Shown: one piece after another, positions 62,801 to 64,000 of the stretch
Numbering within the stretch: position 1 is the first letter of the stretch
Layout of the letters: every line of letters begins with the position of its first letter
Assembly (NCBI GenBank): GCA_044892525.1
Contig: CM097885.1
Location: forward strand, 240,932,001 to 240,996,000
DNA length: 64,000 bases
Source of the DNA: Schmidtea polychroa
Taxonomy: Eukaryota
Reading direction: 5' to 3'
The notes under the pieces: generated by a model
Told to the model about the DNA's origin: nothing
What the model saw: only the letters and a program-made list of their open reading frames with translations
Databases searched by the model: none
Position numbers and translations under genes: made by a program

Positions 62801-64000
62801 TATCCTAATAATACTAACGTCAATTTACCTAACAGAAACGAAAAATACGCGAATTACGAGAGGAAATCTGAAAGAAGGCGAACTATTCATGATAAAAGTC
62901 AGCGGCAACAACGGAAACGCGGTCGGGATATGCATCCAATTGATGGAAGGAACCGGAGTAAGTTGTGATTTTAGAACGATAACAAAAGGGAGGATTTTCA
63001 ATAGTCAAAATGGAGAACCTGAATTATGCGGAGACTACAACATTTGCGAAGACATAACATCAGAAGAAAAAGAATTGGAAAGAGCTAACGAAACCGGAGT
63101 ACATGGCGCAATTAAAGCTACAATGGAAGGTATCGAAATAATACATAAAGGAAATTTGCCAACAACGCAAATATGTTTTAGAGATGACGAAGACATATGT
63201 ATAACGGTGGACATGAAACGAGATCGCGAATTTTTTTGGACAAACGTAAAACCAAACACCAACATGGTGGTATGCGCAGGTACCCAGTCAATAGTGGTAT
63301 GTAAAGCAGTTAAAACCGCGCAAATAAAAAGCAGGCCAAAAAGTATGGCTAGTAAACGATATCAACCAAGGATCAAACCGGCAATTAAGAAACGCCAGAA
63401 ACAATCCCGTACGGAAATGATAAGAGGACAGCACCAAACCAAGAAAAACACAACAGTAATATGGATCAAAGATGAGAGACGAGAAGTACTAGTAAATGTC
63501 GAATTCAACAAGAAAAGAGAAGAAGTAATCACGGTCAGAAACCAAGGTGAAGAACCAATAGTAAGAGTATGTGTACTAAACAGGACAGGAATAGTCGACT
63601 GCATAGAAACACTACTTGACAAAGGTGCAGAAGTTAAAATGACAATAGGAGAAAGAAAGGGACGATACCACATATGCGTTCTTAAAAACGGAAGCGATTT
63701 AAGTTCATGCCAAGCAATAACCAGACAACGACCACGGATGATAAACATACTATTGACAACCAAAAAACCAAAAGAAGTGGAAAAGCCAAAAGGAAACGAA
63801 CATCTAACGGCAGAAGAAACGAAACAGTTATACCAGATGCTCAAGAAAAATAAAACACAAGAGGCAACTACAACAGAAACTAAAATGATGATAACGACAG
63901 GAAAATTCAACAACGAGACACTGATAACCGTTAAAATGATGTGGATCGCTAGCGCAATAATGAGTGCAGTGATAACATCAATAATAATCCAATGGATAAG
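59850..64000 (+). CDS. Giant Ty3/gypsy polyprotein, 5' part: gag capsid, 3 CCHC knuckles, long charged region and a membrane glycoprotein-like module; runs off the window (>1380 codons)
   Basis: Frame open from 59553 (ATG 59850) to the window end by manual translation. PFDGNINELETFIKEFE...IPLYLRGSAQDVY...RKQKYNES...FVEGI...TLEEALKIA capsid; knuckles CNICQRLGHWSNEC, CQNCGKRGHTENIC and CYSCNQLGHVAREC (60663-60845). Absent from the ORF track, consistent with no stop inside the window. Confidence 0.9.
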   Translation, partial: MLDGNQVNNPNGSESTYTPEINHVNVNVGEFRERFRGEPFDGNINELETFIKEFEVYITICHWPDIVVRERIPLYLRGSAQDVYLEAKCDATKLKTWKSIKNFLIKSFGSKREVNRKMLDFLHRKQKYNESNALYACELRRLAKEAFDSNQTVPEDKIIAVFVEGIKRKDIRATVGCRAPDTLEEALKIANKCENYLTPVQVAAMAAVPIATTPTTTTEINQTNNENLGMNQFISESQQLFKAPKATNPDNRGNIQFYTNNFSSNENNNRKCNICQRLGHWSNECYKTRMCQNCGKRGHTENICRGPMMSMRGGRTRTCYSCNQLGHVARECAMKTKHNQPRANDPSQNIQINIMQKIEQLKKMIQRIPEDIRKRPTREQQDQQRIEGQRPLNEKAREIQKRWKKRETNTGRINMMRLMNKGEPHTAEQCVNKEGSDMTVINETKVIKENGSHQLTEQLTELSSEDKIKIIQGFTKEEKEKRRRRDETGHEPKSNEIVTKNRIQRVLLQKIENRIRREEPNLTDEQVKEKVKDNWFRKNEWFEKKEPSNRANINMLRQIQKDQTDQEDEKSAVSSLRSELFQSSDENNEQGTPQNNEEGESDDMESPIENDDEEIFEEISDTVSERERNENYINEPTYRKCIKLITQAYQWEGGILTAIWKDLATKYKGKLKEVDPDQYQVSIQHPETQMQIIELKVTNIDELYNWVQEKMGTSHKNKQLYDNGYKVKMSIHLVDMMRWPNEVNILILKKNRDSESVTEILRKIQQIFNNEVEPEIEKTEQKIMKENQIIVVKQAIDQAKKYINRFRERWPQLMKQFVKDVRDTEIMGFEYKRATELISKYGEYERIRCEQELPWPSNRKVTIVRESLKNSHLNKHEEMIKTSHVEDDIFGKGRSGKNDKDHNDKNEEDDGNHERNNINGNSNERDNEEDKESEDDDEDLKDTEDNSDQSEDNQHNETENDKRKSPLHNIVMRKNLNQSLLLQIILIILTSIYLTETKNTRITRGNLKEGELFMIKVSGNNGNAVGICIQLMEGTGVSCDFRTITKGRIFNSQNGEPELCGDYNICEDITSEEKELERANETGVHGAIKATMEGIEIIHKGNLPTTQICFRDDEDICITVDMKRDREFFWTNVKPNTNMVVCAGTQSIVVCKAVKTAQIKSRPKSMASKRYQPRIKPAIKKRQKQSRTEMIRGQHQTKKNTTVIWIKDERREVLVNVEFNKKREEVITVRNQGEEPIVRVCVLNRTGIVDCIETLLDKGAEVKMTIGERKGRYHICVLKNGSDLSSCQAITRQRPRMINILLTTKKPKEVEKPKGNEHLTAEETKQLYQMLKKNKTQEATTTETKMMITTGKFNNETLITVKMMWIASAIMSAVITSIIIQWI

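Noticed and set aside
63610-63640. LLDKGAEV as a retroviral aspartic protease (DTG) site or ankyrin repeat
   Set aside because: Lys replaces the required Thr/Ser, it is an isolated motif, and it lies inside the Cys-rich putative ectodomain.
59438-63913. Many minus-strand ORFs in the ORF track
   Set aside because: Antisense shadows of the A-rich plus-strand polyprotein.
1-64000. rRNA or tRNA genes
   Set aside because: None recognised by eye; tRNAscan-SE/Infernal would be needed to exclude them.

Overview
AT-rich eukaryotic, probably metazoan, genomic window. Introns of 41-56 nt, abundant (ATT)n and this TE complement resemble flatworm genomes, but the taxon cannot be confirmed from sequence. 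About a dozen N-runs hide some junctions. Host genes: (1) a type-I glutamine synthetase/lengsin-like gene (+) in two exons split by a ~23 kb TE-filled intron; (2) a 7-exon SLC35B1 nucleotide-sugar transporter-family gene (+); (3) an intron-containing MANF/CDNF copy (-) with several lesions. The rest is mostly mobile DNA: several hAT relics, a Merlin element with an open transposase and 8-bp TSD, a DD39D Tc1/mariner relic, piggyBac-type MITEs, a gypsy integrase relic, and the 5' part of a giant Ty3/gypsy ORF (gag fused in frame to a membrane glycoprotein-like module, open to the window end). The most unusual content is two related non-autonomous Maverick/Polinton-like elements with AGTAGA...TCTACT termini: 3435-9324 (6-bp TSD TGGCGA) and 18236-28442. 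No core polB, integrase or capsid genes are recognisable in them. They instead carry cell-death and transcription cargo: a spliced Bcl-2-like gene, an IAP-type RING fragment and a TBP-fold ORF fused to the Bcl-2 N-terminus. They also contain many copies of a TATATA + 16-bp palindrome cassette. All protein family calls come from manual translation and motif recognition, not database searches.
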